In this document: positions 36,401-46,063 of the stretch, piece by piece
Position numbering within the stretch: position 1 is the stretch's first letter
How the letters are laid out: each line of letters opens with the position of its first letter
IMG/VR virus record: IMGVR_UViG_3300009983_000002
DNA: 64,000 nucleotides
Reading direction: 5' to 3' (one strand)
From: a virus
Taxonomy: Duplodnaviria; Heunggongvirae; Uroviricota; Caudoviricetes
Notes under the pieces: model-generated
What the model saw: only the letters and a program-made list of their open reading frames with translations
Databases searched by the model: none
What the model was told of the DNA's origin: nothing
Position numbers and translations under genes: made by a program

Positions 36401-36790
36401 ATGAGCAAGTCGTTCGCTCCCTCTCCCGAATTGCTAGCAGTCTTGAGTCGCTGGCCTCTACCGCAAGCTGGTGCGCCGTCTGGCTCTTCTTCCTCATGCT
36501 CGCAACCTGCGACATCGCCAGCCCCGGATGATCTCGTAGTCTTCAATGGGATGCGGGTCATCTGCAATCCCGATCTTCCCGACAACACTTGGATTATATG
36601 TGATGCCAACGGACGACCCTGCGCTGGAGAAGAGAACGGTCAGCGCTTTGTTATCAACCGCGAGCGGTGGGATCATTTCTCAGCCAGCCGCGAAATCTAT
36701 GCCTACCTTCGCGGAGAGCTTGCGGACGCCGGAGGTAATCCTGCCGTTGCGGCGGAGGCAATCGTCGATCAAATACGACGAAGCGATTGA
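36401..36790 (+). CDS. hypothetical protein
   Basis: 129 aa. Confidence 0.4.
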   Translation: MSKSFAPSPELLAVLSRWPLPQAGAPSGSSSSCSQPATSPAPDDLVVFNGMRVICNPDLPDNTWIICDANGRPCAGEENGQRFVINRERWDHFSASREIYAYLRGELADAGGNPAVAAEAIVDQIRRSD

Positions 36791-37478
36791 CACCGTCGTC
36801 AGGTTCGACATCGAGACCAGGAGCCCAGACGGGCTCGAAGCCGCCTACGTTGACGTGAAGACCGAACTTTCAAAGCGCATCGAACGCCAGCTAGCGCAAG
36901 CGATCAACAAAGGCGTGGCCGACGCCACGTCTATCATGAGCGGCACAGTTGCCAGCAGCAACAAGGCCGACGCCGTCTTCGACATCGGCAAGCTCAAGAA
37001 GCTCATGGCCGACATGGGGCTTCCCGCTCAAGGCGGCCCCGCCCATCAAATCTACGATCTCAAGTCGCTGCCGATGGGCGGCGGCAAGTGGGCAATGGGT
37101 GGCAAGTTCGACATGCCGCTCTTACGCGGCGGCATCTTGGGCATGGCCGGGCTTGAGCCCCTGAACATCAAGCGCACAAGGAAGAAGAGCGAGAAGCCTT
37201 TCTTCTATCGCACGCACGATGGCACGGTGACGGTCTTCCCCATCACTCGCGAAATCATGGCGCTGGCTTCGCAACATTGCCGAGCGACAAACACCGACAC
37301 CTTTAAGTTCGCGCTGAAGCGTGAGTTCAAGGCCACCGACACCATCGACACGATTATCGAGCCCTTCTACGTCACGGTTCGCGTCCAATGGCGGAAGGGT
37401 AAGGGGCTGAAGGCTCCAGCCTTCCTCTACTTCGCTACCCAACGCGACCTAGAAACTTTCGTCGAGGCCATCCAATGA
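36747..37478 (+). CDS. hypothetical protein (start uncertain)
   Basis: Strong GC3 bias in the frame of track ORF 36546..37478 from about 36770 onward. No in-frame ATG before 36936. Candidate TTG 36747 (SD GGAGG 11 nt upstream) or GTG 36855. Confidence 0.3.
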   Translation: MRRRQSSIKYDEAIDTVVRFDIETRSPDGLEAAYVDVKTELSKRIERQLAQAINKGVADATSIMSGTVASSNKADAVFDIGKLKKLMADMGLPAQGGPAHQIYDLKSLPMGGGKWAMGGKFDMPLLRGGILGMAGLEPLNIKRTRKKSEKPFFYRTHDGTVTVFPITREIMALASQHCRATNTDTFKFALKREFKATDTIDTIIEPFYVTVRVQWRKGKGLKAPAFLYFATQRDLETFVEAIQ

Positions 37479-37777
37479 GCAAGCGCATCGAAAAGTCGAT
37501 CTACGGCCAGCGCATCTTGGAGACCGTTGCGAAGTTTCAGGGGGCATCCGCTGTCTTCGGCAAGGCCTCGAAGCACAACTTCGTCACCCTGTCCTACGGC
37601 GGGAAGTCCCGCGACGTGATATTCCCCGCGTCTCCCAGCGATCACCGTGGGGCCTTGAATTGCGCCTCAGACTGTGCGAAGGTCTTGACTGCGTTGGGTG
37701 CCGTTCGCGTCAAGAGCGAAAAGGGTGGACAACAGAAGGCGTCCGAGCAACAACGGAATATGGAGAAGGCCTCGTGA
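37475..37777 (+). CDS. hypothetical protein
   Basis: 100 aa; ATGA coupling. Confidence 0.4.
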   Translation: MSKRIEKSIYGQRILETVAKFQGASAVFGKASKHNFVTLSYGGKSRDVIFPASPSDHRGALNCASDCAKVLTALGAVRVKSEKGGQQKASEQQRNMEKAS

Positions 37778-38286
37778 AGAACACGAAGAACCGCTATTTG
37801 ATTCCCGATGGACTGCGCCGCCGCCTGCGGAAGATCATCCATATCTCCACGATCTATGGGCGAGATGACACGACGGCTTACATGCTGCGGATCATCTTCT
37901 TCCAGCGCTTCCGCATCCACGTCATGTATCGCGCCGACGAGGACCGCGATCCCCATGATCACCCGTTCTCCTTCACGACGTTCCCTCTCAACGGCTACTT
38001 CGAAGAGGTCTTCGACCCGAAGACCGGGAAGTTCAACACGCAAGTCGTGCGGCCCTTCCGCTTCCACTATCGCCCGGCGGAATACGCTCACCGCATCTTG
38101 GGGCCAGCGCTGCTCACCCTCGACGGCTGGAAGCTCGACACTCGTGAGGCTCCGAAGAAGGTCACGACGTTGGTCTGGGCGTCAGCGTTCGTGCCGCGTA
38201 AGTGGGGCTTCTGGATCGAGCCCAACGATGCGGGCATCCGGCGTTGGGTGCCGTCTCGTGAATATCTCGGCGACTACGGAGAGTAA
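37774..38286 (+). CDS. hypothetical protein (GTG start)
   Basis: 170 aa; GTGA coupling with SD GGAGAAGG. Contains EDRDPHDHPFSF (His-rich). Confidence 0.4.
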   Translation: MKNTKNRYLIPDGLRRRLRKIIHISTIYGRDDTTAYMLRIIFFQRFRIHVMYRADEDRDPHDHPFSFTTFPLNGYFEEVFDPKTGKFNTQVVRPFRFHYRPAEYAHRILGPALLTLDGWKLDTREAPKKVTTLVWASAFVPRKWGFWIEPNDAGIRRWVPSREYLGDYGE

Positions 38287-38287
38287 G

Positions 38288-38563
38288 ATGCCGACGATGA
38301 AGAAGCCAACCGACCACACGCAAAAGTGGATCGTCATCGACCGCACCACGGGCAAGATGCTCGCCGGGCTCTACGAAGAGACGGCGCAGGAGCGTTGGCG
38401 CGGCCAGCCGCGCTGGGGCGAGCACGGCCAGATTTGGGAAGCCGCGAAGTTCGACGATCTCGACGAAGCCCGCGACTTCATGAAACCCTTCGCTCACTTC
38501 GATCTCGAATACAAGCCCGTGATCGCAATGTGGAGCTACGACGGATCGAGGATGCCCCGGTGA
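38288..38563 (+). CDS. hypothetical protein
   Basis: 91 aa. Confidence 0.4.
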   Translation: MPTMKKPTDHTQKWIVIDRTTGKMLAGLYEETAQERWRGQPRWGEHGQIWEAAKFDDLDEARDFMKPFAHFDLEYKPVIAMWSYDGSRMPR

Positions 38564-38787
38564 AGCATGAAGCGATTTACATCGTCAGTTACGCCAGCAG
38601 CCGTCTTGGCTGCCGTCGCACCTACGCTTTCACGCCGTTCGACGACTCGATGCTTTCTAGCGTCAAGCAACTTCTCGCTGACGAAACCGTCGATCCCGAC
38701 AGCATTGAAATTGAGGTCTACGAACCGGCCAGGGTTCTCAAGGCCCAAGATTTGCTTGGAGTCGGGGCTGGTGTCCTGGTCGGGTAA
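38560..38787 (+). CDS. hypothetical small protein (GTG start)
   Basis: 75 aa; frame chosen on GC3 bias over the alternative ATG frame (38567). Confidence 0.35.
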   Translation: MKHEAIYIVSYASSRLGCRRTYAFTPFDDSMLSSVKQLLADETVDPDSIEIEVYEPARVLKAQDLLGVGAGVLVG

Positions 38788-38797
38788 GGAGAAGGAA

Positions 38798-39835
38798 GTG
38801 GACGAAGATTTGACACGCGGCGACTTCACGGCGTTCCCCAGCATCCGGGGCTTTGCGAACATCTGCAAAGAAATCGCGATTGTCTACCCGTTCCCCAACC
38901 GCCCAACGATCCCCTTCAACTCGAAGGTGAAGCTCCACGGCACGAACGCCGGGGTCCGCATTTACGCCGATGGTCGCGTGGTGGCCCAGAAGCGCACCGA
39001 CGACGTGACGCCTGAAGACGACAACGCGGGGTTCGCGGCCTGGGTCGCGACCATGCGTGACTACTTCGGCTCCCTCGCCATCGCGCTGCCGCCGAACACC
39101 TACGTCGTGATCCACGGCGAATGGGCGGGCCCTGGGGTCCAGAAGAAGGCCGCAGTCGCGAGCATCCCCGAGAAATCTTTCTTCGTGTTCTCCATCGAGA
39201 CCAGCGAAGGCCACATTGTCGAGCCCGACGAAATCCTGGCATTCATGAGCGACGACGGCAAGCTCCCGGCGCGTGTCTACGTCCTGCCGTGGTTCTCGCG
39301 TCTCTCCGTCACCATCGACTTCAACGACCGCGAAGGCACGGAAGCCGTCGCCGCGACCATGAACGAAGTCGTCGGCGAAATCGACAAGGTCGATCCCTAC
39401 ATCCAAGAAGTGTTCGGGGTCGAAGGCGTTGGCGAAGGCCTCGTTTTCTATCCTCGCGGGCCCGGCTACGAAAAGCTTCGCGGTGATCGCGGCTTGTCTC
39501 TGCTCTTCAAGGTCAAGGGCGCGAGCCACGGCGAGAAGGGTGCGGGCAAAGCCGCACGCACGTCGGCGATCCCCAGCAACACCGCAACGGAATTCGCGAA
39601 GACCCACGTCCACGAAGATCGCCTTGAACAAGGCCTGAAGGCCGTGTGCGGCAACGATCTCCCGACGATGAAGCATATCGGCCCGTTCCTGGGCTGGATT
39701 GGCCGCGACGTTGAGAAAGAAACAGTGGACGAGCGTGAAGCGTCTGGGCTTGATTGGCGCTCGCACTGTGCGGGGCCCGTGGCCTTGATTGCACGCGAAT
39801 GGCTGTTCAAGAAGATCAACGCGGTGACGTTGTGA
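38798..39835 (+). CDS. RNA ligase 2-like nucleotidyltransferase
   Basis: GTG start with SD AAGGAGAAGG. Motif I SKVKLHGTNAG (K-x-H-G-x-N as in T4 Rnl2). 345 aa. Confidence 0.5.
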   Translation: MDEDLTRGDFTAFPSIRGFANICKEIAIVYPFPNRPTIPFNSKVKLHGTNAGVRIYADGRVVAQKRTDDVTPEDDNAGFAAWVATMRDYFGSLAIALPPNTYVVIHGEWAGPGVQKKAAVASIPEKSFFVFSIETSEGHIVEPDEILAFMSDDGKLPARVYVLPWFSRLSVTIDFNDREGTEAVAATMNEVVGEIDKVDPYIQEVFGVEGVGEGLVFYPRGPGYEKLRGDRGLSLLFKVKGASHGEKGAGKAARTSAIPSNTATEFAKTHVHEDRLEQGLKAVCGNDLPTMKHIGPFLGWIGRDVEKETVDEREASGLDWRSHCAGPVALIAREWLFKKINAVTL

Positions 39836-40005
39836 TCGCCGACGATCTCGTCTTCAGGATGGAAGAGCGGGCGCGCATCCGGCGCCAAATCACGACGCGG
39901 AAGTCCGTTCAAGAAGGGAAGCCCGATAGGATCGCCGATCTCCTAGAAGAAGGCGCACGGGCAATTCGTGAGCTTCAGGGCAAAGAGCCTGCGTCGTCTG
40001 GGTGA
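39832..40005 (+). CDS. hypothetical small protein (GTG start)
   Basis: 58 aa; GTGA coupling. Last gene of plus block, converges on ligase gene. Confidence 0.3.
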   Translation: MIADDLVFRMEERARIRRQITTRKSVQEGKPDRIADLLEEGARAIRELQGKEPASSG

Positions 40006-40919
40006 CGCCACCCGAGCCACACGGGAATCCGTGGCTTCTCCTTAGAGCCTTCGCGCTGGAACTTATACTTCGCGAGCTTGCCCATGACCACGGCCTCGTT
40101 ACCGGCCATGATCTCATTCCAAATCGCGATACGTTCGTCTTCACTCCAGCCGTTGCCGAGCTTGAAGTGCTCTGCGGGCCAGCCGTGTAGGCGCACGACG
40201 ACGCCGCCCAGCATCCCCGCCTTCGTCTTCCCCGCTTTGTGCGTGCTGCGCTTCGCGTAGCCGCGTTCGTCGCGGGTCTGTTCGTTCTCGTTGTGCTCGC
40301 GTTCGTAGTAGCCGATGACTTCGCCTTCAGCGTCTTCGAAGGGCTTGAGCTTGATCAGAATCTGCTCTTTCTCCGTGCTGCGTCCAAACTTGTAGAGCGC
40401 TGCGGGGTCGCGGAGCATCAGGCCTTCGTAGCCGTCAGCGATATAAGCGTGCATCATTGCCTCCGCCTCTTCCCATGTGTAGACTGGGAAGTGCTGCACG
40501 AGTTGCACATGCGGGCCGATAGCCGCACACTTGTCGGCGGCGATGCTCAGGCGGTCGAGGTAGCTCAGGGTCGGGCGGTCGAAGTCATCGACGTAGTCGA
40601 AGACGTGGAAGACAACGCCATCGGCAACGGCATCGTGCGTGGAGAATGCGGACATCGTTGTCTGCATCGCATCTGCGGCGTTGCAGGGACCGGCGACGAT
40701 CTCGCCGTCGAGCCCTGAGAGTCGGGGGTCGGAGAAGAGGGCTGATAGGGCTGCGTTGGGTATGGGCTTCAGGGTCCGGGACAGGGCTTGGCCGTCCCTG
40801 ACGATCATGCGGATGCCGTCGAACTTCGGGCTCGCCCAGAAGGGAAAGCGTAGCGGGTGTTTCTCCCGGTCTGGGTGTTCGGCAAGGAGGGGCTTGAACC
40901 CCAGGACGCGCTTAGCCAC
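39975..40919 (-). CDS. ATP-dependent DNA ligase
   Basis: GTG start (SD GGAG 6 nt upstream); 315 aa. Motif I SPKFDGIRM (KxDGxR), motif IV GYEGLMLRD, motif V LIKLK. Confidence 0.8.
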   Translation of the reverse strand: MAKRVLGFKPLLAEHPDREKHPLRFPFWASPKFDGIRMIVRDGQALSRTLKPIPNAALSALFSDPRLSGLDGEIVAGPCNAADAMQTTMSAFSTHDAVADGVVFHVFDYVDDFDRPTLSYLDRLSIAADKCAAIGPHVQLVQHFPVYTWEEAEAMMHAYIADGYEGLMLRDPAALYKFGRSTEKEQILIKLKPFEDAEGEVIGYYEREHNENEQTRDERGYAKRSTHKAGKTKAGMLGGVVVRLHGWPAEHFKLGNGWSEDERIAIWNEIMAGNEAVVMGKLAKYKFQREGSKEKPRIPVWLGWRHPDDAGSLP

Positions 40920-41403
40920 CGGAACGCTCCCGGTAGCGTTGGAAGCGGCGGTCGGCGGCCTCCCGGCGGGCCCGGGCCATTGCCTCGTGGCCGGGGCTGG
41001 CGCGGCCCACGTCGGCGGCAGCGGGCGGCACAAGGGCCAGGACGCGATAGGAGGCGGCTAGGCAGCCGTGGCGCTCCAGGGCCAGCACGGTAAGGCCAGC
41101 GGCCTCGGTGAGCCTCCAGCCCGCCTCGTGAGCGGCAGCGGGGTCCATTTGCTCGATCCCCAGCACCACACGGCGGCCATCGCGGCGGGCGGCCAGGACC
41201 GGCGCCGCATAGACGCCCCATTGGCCGCCAAGGGCGAAGTATTGGTCGATGATCGGGGCCACGGCGGCGCAGTCGCCGCCAGCGGCTTCCCAGGCGATGG
41301 TGTCGGCGATGACATCCCCGACGCCGCCGGTCAGCGGCTGGGCTTGAACGGGGGTCGCCAGCAGGGCGGCCACGACGGCCAGGGTAAGGTTAAGACGGTT
41401 CAA
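40912..41403 (-). CDS. secreted protein (signal peptide)
   Basis: 163 aa; MNRLNLTLAVVAALLATPVQAQP is a classic signal peptide. Confidence 0.5.
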   Translation of the reverse strand: MNRLNLTLAVVAALLATPVQAQPLTGGVGDVIADTIAWEAAGGDCAAVAPIIDQYFALGGQWGVYAAPVLAARRDGRRVVLGIEQMDPAAAHEAGWRLTEAAGLTVLALERHGCLAASYRVLALVPPAAADVGRASPGHEAMARARREAADRRFQRYRERSGG

Positions 41404-41668
41404 ATTGGCGCTCCTTCACGCCACCCTCTGCAAATTCGACGCCGTAGCGTTCGGCGTAGATTTGACCGGCGAGTTCGCGCCCGGCGTCCGTGATGTCGAA
41501 GGTGGCGCGTGTCAGGAAGCCCCGACCGGCCAGGAATTGGGCGCATGTCATGAGGGCCGCGCCGTAGATCACGCCGCCCTTCTCCATCCCCGCAACGTCG
41601 AGAAGCACGTCCTCGTCATACTTCGTCATCTGCGCTTGCATCAGCGCTTCATGCAGCTTCTGCGACAT
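41390..41668 (-). CDS. hypothetical protein
   Basis: 92 aa. Confidence 0.4.
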   Translation of the reverse strand: MSQKLHEALMQAQMTKYDEDVLLDVAGMEKGGVIYGAALMTCAQFLAGRGFLTRATFDITDAGRELAGQIYAERYGVEFAEGGVKERQFEPS

Positions 41669-42911
41669 CGGTGTCCTGCTCTTTCTTGATCAAGATGCCT
41701 TGAATGGCGGCGGTGCTCATGGGGAGTTGCGGCGCGATCTCTTTGCGGAACGCTTCACGATCTCCCTCGGGGAAGAAACGGTCGAACATGCGGAGCGCGA
41801 TGTTGATGTCCTTGGCCTTGATATGGTCGAGGAAGTAGCTGCGGTCAACGCGGCCCGGACGCTTGAGTGCGGCGTCGAGTTTGTCGGCGTGGTTGCTGGT
41901 GATGAAGAGAATGCGGCCCTCTTGGGCGGCGATGCCGTCAATGGCGTTGAGGAAGCCCGACAACGTCAAGCCGCGTTCGGCCTTCTCTTTCTTGTCGCCC
42001 TTCTTCGCCGTCGCCGCTGCGGCGGTGCGTTCTTCGAGGATGGTGATGCTGTCGATGTCTTCGATCACGACGATCCCCGCGCCAGCGCTGTTGATCGCGT
42101 CCTGGAGGCTGTTGTCGTCGAGCAACGTCGCGGGGTTGATGATGTAGATCGGCTTGTTCAGAAGCGACGCGAGAGCGAAGATCAGCGAGGTCTTGCCGGT
42201 CCCCGGCGGGCCTTCGAGCATGTAGCCACGGCGCCACGGAATCCCACGGGCAGCATACCACTTGCGGCGGGTCAAGAACTTTTGGAGGTCGCGAACGATC
42301 TCGGCCTTCTGCGCCTCGTCCATGTAGATGGTGTCGAGTTCGCGCTTAGCGCGACGACCAGCGAGTTCGTAGTGTCCGCTCGACCAGAAGAAGACCGACA
42401 CCGTGTTTTGATCTTCGATGACAGACAGGGCTTCGTCCATGAGTCCGCGAAGCACAGATTGATCACGCCCCAGCGTCTGAATCGTGATCGTCTCGTTGCG
42501 CTTCACGAGCCACGAGTTGTCTTTGTCGCCTTGCTTCTCGATGTTGCGATGAATGAGAAAAGGGCGCTTGTTGTTGAAAATAATGTGGTGGCCTGGACCG
42601 GGGATCAGGCTGAACTTCTGTTGTTCGGTGGACTCGTCCCACTCGGAAGTCACGCTCAAGTTGCGGCTGCGGCGAGGGTTCATCTTCTTGCCCATCCACA
42701 CAGTGATGTAGCGATAGAAGTTGTCGTCGGCATAGACGGTCATCGTCAGCACGAATTGCGACTTGAACAAATTCCAGATATAGCCGGGGAGGGCGCGGCA
42801 CTGATAGCCGATGGCGCCGAGCACGGCGAGGACAAACATCCCGTGGCTGACTTCGCTGCCCAGGATCGCTTGAACTTGTTCTTGAACGAAGGGCAGGAGT
42901 TCGGGGATCAC
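41649..42911 (-). CDS. AAA+ ATPase, BCS1-like
   Basis: 420 aa; Walker A GPPGTGKTS, Walker B VVIEDIDS, arginine finger region KRPGRVD. Long N-terminal domain with one TM helix like BCS1. Confidence 0.75.
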   Translation of the reverse strand: MIPELLPFVQEQVQAILGSEVSHGMFVLAVLGAIGYQCRALPGYIWNLFKSQFVLTMTVYADDNFYRYITVWMGKKMNPRRSRNLSVTSEWDESTEQQKFSLIPGPGHHIIFNNKRPFLIHRNIEKQGDKDNSWLVKRNETITIQTLGRDQSVLRGLMDEALSVIEDQNTVSVFFWSSGHYELAGRRAKRELDTIYMDEAQKAEIVRDLQKFLTRRKWYAARGIPWRRGYMLEGPPGTGKTSLIFALASLLNKPIYIINPATLLDDNSLQDAINSAGAGIVVIEDIDSITILEERTAAAATAKKGDKKEKAERGLTLSGFLNAIDGIAAQEGRILFITSNHADKLDAALKRPGRVDRSYFLDHIKAKDINIALRMFDRFFPEGDREAFRKEIAPQLPMSTAAIQGILIKKEQDTDVAEAA

Positions 42912-43234
42912 CGCGTCGTAGCCTTTGCGTCGTGAATGAGTTTCAGGGCTGTTTCGATTTCTTCGAGGAAGCGGACGTTGTCGTTCTCTGTGGCGCGCGC
43001 AGCGGCTGCGAGAAGACGATGACTTGCTGCTGTTAGAGCGTTGGCGCTCATGGGGTGAATGTGATTCTTGTCGCGCTTCATGTAGAGCGTGAAGTGCGCG
43101 GCGTCGAAGACCTTCAGCGTTCCGCTAATGCGGACCTTGATCCAAGGCTGATCGTCTTTCACGCCGCGCCAGTCAATCTCTTCGACGACGTAGGCGTGTC
43201 CGATTTTCATTCCCGGCATGTGCTCGCCGAGCAT
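42908..43234 (-). CDS. hypothetical protein (start uncertain)
   Basis: Internal ATG chosen to avoid 137-nt overlap with the next gene. Confidence 0.3.
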   Translation of the reverse strand: MLGEHMPGMKIGHAYVVEEIDWRGVKDDQPWIKVRISGTLKVFDAAHFTLYMKRDKNHIHPMSANALTAASHRLLAAAARATENDNVRFLEEIETALKLIHDAKATTR

Positions 43235-43265
43235 TGCGAGGTCGCCGGGACGGAAGGGATGAATT

Positions 43266-43556
43266 TTAGTAGCCACGAGCTTTCCGCATCTTCTCAAGAT
43301 TTTTGTTGTGGCCGCTGCGTTCGTATTGCTCGCGCTTGCGTGCAAGCTTCTCTTGGCGACGGCGTTCTGCACGGGCATACTTCGGAGTGATGACGGTGTC
43401 AACCTGCGGAGTCACAACATCATCGACGACGGTAACGCGATCATCGTTCTTGTCGTCGTCTTCGACTTTTTCGAGCTTCGCGCCTGCGGCCATGAGCGCA
43501 GCCATCGCCAGCATCGCGGGGGCGCCGATCATCACGCGGCGTTTGTCGTTGATCAT
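43266..43556 (-). CDS. small membrane-anchored protein
   Basis: Start at Met35 of track ORF. N-terminal hydrophobic helix, Asp-rich middle, basic C-terminus. Confidence 0.4.
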   Translation of the reverse strand: MINDKRRVMIGAPAMLAMAALMAAGAKLEKVEDDDKNDDRVTVVDDVVTPQVDTVITPKYARAERRRQEKLARKREQYERSGHNKNLEKMRKARGY

Positions 43557-43954
43557 TTCTTCTCCTTCTCGGTTTCTTTGATCTCTTCGATCTCGCTGAC
43601 TTCGCGGACGAAGATCACACGCTCGACCGGGACATGGCCGAAGCCCCACGGGCTCCACGGCTTCTTCGCGGTCCCAAGGAATTCGCTGACCATGCCAACG
43701 TAGGCTTCGGTCTGGCCGACATCGTAGACCTGATCTTCGAGTCCGCCCTTCTCCAAGGTCCGCATCCTGACCTTGTGGCTGTAGTTGTTCTCCCCGTAGA
43801 CATCCAGGAACGTGAGTTCGAAGACGCGACCGACCTTGGCGTAGTTGGGGTCAATTTTGTTCGTCCCCTTCAGGGCGGGGACGCGCTTCTTTCCTGCGGC
43901 GGTTTTCTTTCCGTCAACGGAGGCGAGGCGCACGGCTGGCTTGGCTTGAGGCAT
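43553..43954 (-). CDS. hypothetical protein
   Basis: 133 aa. Confidence 0.4.
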   Translation of the reverse strand: MPQAKPAVRLASVDGKKTAAGKKRVPALKGTNKIDPNYAKVGRVFELTFLDVYGENNYSHKVRMRTLEKGGLEDQVYDVGQTEAYVGMVSEFLGTAKKPWSPWGFGHVPVERVIFVREVSEIEEIKETEKEKK

Positions 43955-43985
43955 CCGTCTTCACTATCACAGGGTTAAAAGGGCG

Positions 43986-44660
43986 TCAACGCTTTTCGGG
44001 GCGGGTCATGTAGGCTTCGAGGGCCTTTTTCAGGACCGGGGCCGTCTCGTCGTCGATGGCGATCATCTGGCGAACGACGCCGCCGGAGTTCGTGCCGATG
44101 AAGAGGAATCCCGAATCAGGAGGCAGCGCAAATTTCAGGTGTCCCCGGCCCTGGAGGTTCGCCTTGTCAGCGATCTCATACTCGCGGGCGGGCATCACGG
44201 CTTCGAGCCTTTGGGGGTAGAATTGCTCGACGAGTTCGATGAAGGCCTCGGCCAGCGGGGTCGCCCAATAGACGTTGGCCCCGTGAGCGCTGGTGTAGAC
44301 GTGGCCGCAGAGGCGATCCTCGGTGCCGTGGAGGGAGGTCGGGACGCCCTTGATGCGGGAGTATTGCATCATGTCCATCGACGCCCCGGTGCGTCCGAGT
44401 TGCGTGGCCGTGAACTTCGGGTCGGGCTCGCCGCCGCGCCGTGCGGCATGGGTGCGCTTGACCAATGTGTAGATCGACGCCAGCGCCGAATCAGTGATCG
44501 TGTGGGCCTTCACATACAGAAGGTGATCGAAGTGCGGAAGGCTGCTCTTGAAGCTGCCCTTCACCGTGTCCCACGGCGGTTGCTTCTTCCGGGAGTTCCA
44601 CGAACGCTTGCGTTGGGTTTGCATGGGGTGGGTTATTCCACCAAATCCAAATCGCGTCAA
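43986..44660 (-). CDS. hypothetical protein
   Basis: 224 aa. Confidence 0.4.
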   Translation of the reverse strand: MTRFGFGGITHPMQTQRKRSWNSRKKQPPWDTVKGSFKSSLPHFDHLLYVKAHTITDSALASIYTLVKRTHAARRGGEPDPKFTATQLGRTGASMDMMQYSRIKGVPTSLHGTEDRLCGHVYTSAHGANVYWATPLAEAFIELVEQFYPQRLEAVMPAREYEIADKANLQGRGHLKFALPPDSGFLFIGTNSGGVVRQMIAIDDETAPVLKKALEAYMTRPEKR

Positions 44661-44665
44661 GCATT

Positions 44666-44977
44666 TTATCGCACGTCTTCGGTGCTGCGGGTCACGCGGC
44701 GGCGCTGCCCCGGCCAGCTAACGGTGACGGTGCTGCTGCGGTGACGCACGATGTCGTCGGCGAGCGCCGTCAGCGAGGTCGCACGGCGGACCAGCATAGC
44801 GTGGAAGTAGCGGGCGCGGCTGCCGTTGGCGTCTTTGGGCTTGCGATACCGTGCGGCATCGGCGGCGGCGATGATCTTGTCCACGGTGCTCGAAGAGAGC
44901 GCGTGAAAGTCTTCTTGGCCGGTGAGCCCGATGGCACGGAGTTGGGCGCGGGCCGCTTCTGCGGAGAGCATTGGCAT
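44666..44977 (-). CDS. hypothetical protein
   Basis: 104 aa from Met100 of track ORF (upstream part is Arg/Pro-rich junk). TGATG coupling. Confidence 0.35.
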   Translation of the reverse strand: MPMLSAEAARAQLRAIGLTGQEDFHALSSSTVDKIIAAADAARYRKPKDANGSRARYFHAMLVRRATSLTALADDIVRHRSSTVTVSWPGQRRRVTRSTEDVR

Positions 44978-45315
44978 CAGAACCACTTCCTCAAACGATG
45001 ATCGAGAACGACGTGAACCCCGGCGTCGCGGGCGTCGCGGTGAAACCTGCGGGCCTCGCCTTCGGTGGCGAAGTAGAGCTTGCAGGGGAAGTCGGTCCCG
45101 GCTTCCGTCGTGCCGATCACAAACGGCGCCTGCGGATAGTAGAGCGCGTCCTTGATCAGGCACACGCCAGCGATGAAGCTCGCGATGCAGGCCAGGAAGC
45201 TCAGGGCCCCGACGTAGTAGAGGTCGCTGTAGATCAGCCAACCACCAGCGTGGAGGGGGACGGCGAGGGCGCACAAGGCGGCCCCCGCGAAGCCGATGGC
45301 GAGGCGCTTAATCAA
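44977..45315 (-). CDS. membrane protein (TTG start)
   Basis: Two TM helices (AIGFAGAALCALAVPL, SFLACIASFIAGVCLI). TTG overlapping upstream stop. Confidence 0.35.
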   Translation of the reverse strand: MIKRLAIGFAGAALCALAVPLHAGGWLIYSDLYYVGALSFLACIASFIAGVCLIKDALYYPQAPFVIGTTEAGTDFPCKLYFATEGEARRFHRDARDAGVHVVLDHRLRKWF

Positions 45316-46000
45316 GGCGTGACCCCGCGTAGGCGTTGATCCCGTGGCGCTTGAGGACCGCGACGAAAGCGGCGGCGCCAGCTTCTTTGATGTCAACACG
45401 CTGGCCGACATAGTCGCCGGGGTTCCAGAATTCCCAGCCCACGTCCCAGGCGCGTTCGCCGAAGGGGCGGGGATTGACGGCGTTCTTCGCGGCCTTCTTC
45501 AGATAGGCAACGAAGGGGCCCTGGGCTTTCGGAAGACGGGCCCAGGCGAACCCGCAAGCGCCGACGTGATCGACTGGGCCCGGGCCTTTGTGAGCGGCGA
45601 CGATGGCCTGACACGCGGCTTGTGCGGCGGCCTTGGCTTCGACGAAGATCGCAGCGTAGTCGCGATTGTCTTCGACCTTCGGGGCACGCGGCTTCTTCGC
45701 CGCGACGGGCTTGATGGGGAACGCGAACTTGGTCTGCGTGGCGATGTAGTTGTAGACCGGCGCGAGTTCGTCGCCGTAGAGGCCGACCGCGACCTTCCGG
45801 TAGCTCTTGGGGATGCCGATATGGAACGACTTCGACCAACGCGGCTGGATGCGGCTGACCTTCGCGGGCACGCCGTTGGTCTCTCTCACGAAGACACGGT
45901 AAATGCGGCGCGCATAGTTACTCTCGGCGCCGACATCGAGTTCGATGTCGAAGACGGTGAAGCCCGTGATATTCGTGCGCTTGAGTTCAGTAACGTCCAT
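45308..46000 (-). CDS. hypothetical protein
   Basis: 230 aa from Met14 (SD AAGGAG 6 nt upstream). Confidence 0.45.
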   Translation of the reverse strand: MDVTELKRTNITGFTVFDIELDVGAESNYARRIYRVFVRETNGVPAKVSRIQPRWSKSFHIGIPKSYRKVAVGLYGDELAPVYNYIATQTKFAFPIKPVAAKKPRAPKVEDNRDYAAIFVEAKAAAQAACQAIVAAHKGPGPVDHVGACGFAWARLPKAQGPFVAYLKKAAKNAVNPRPFGERAWDVGWEFWNPGDYVGQRVDIKEAGAAAFVAVLKRHGINAYAGSRLD

Positions 46001-46063
46001 GTGGGTCTCCTTTGATGGAGAGACCATAGCACATTCCATACCGGGCGCAAGCGCTTTTCGTGG

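Noticed and set aside
41700-42935. 411-aa plus-strand ORF
   Set aside because: Antisense of the BCS1-like AAA ATPase gene.
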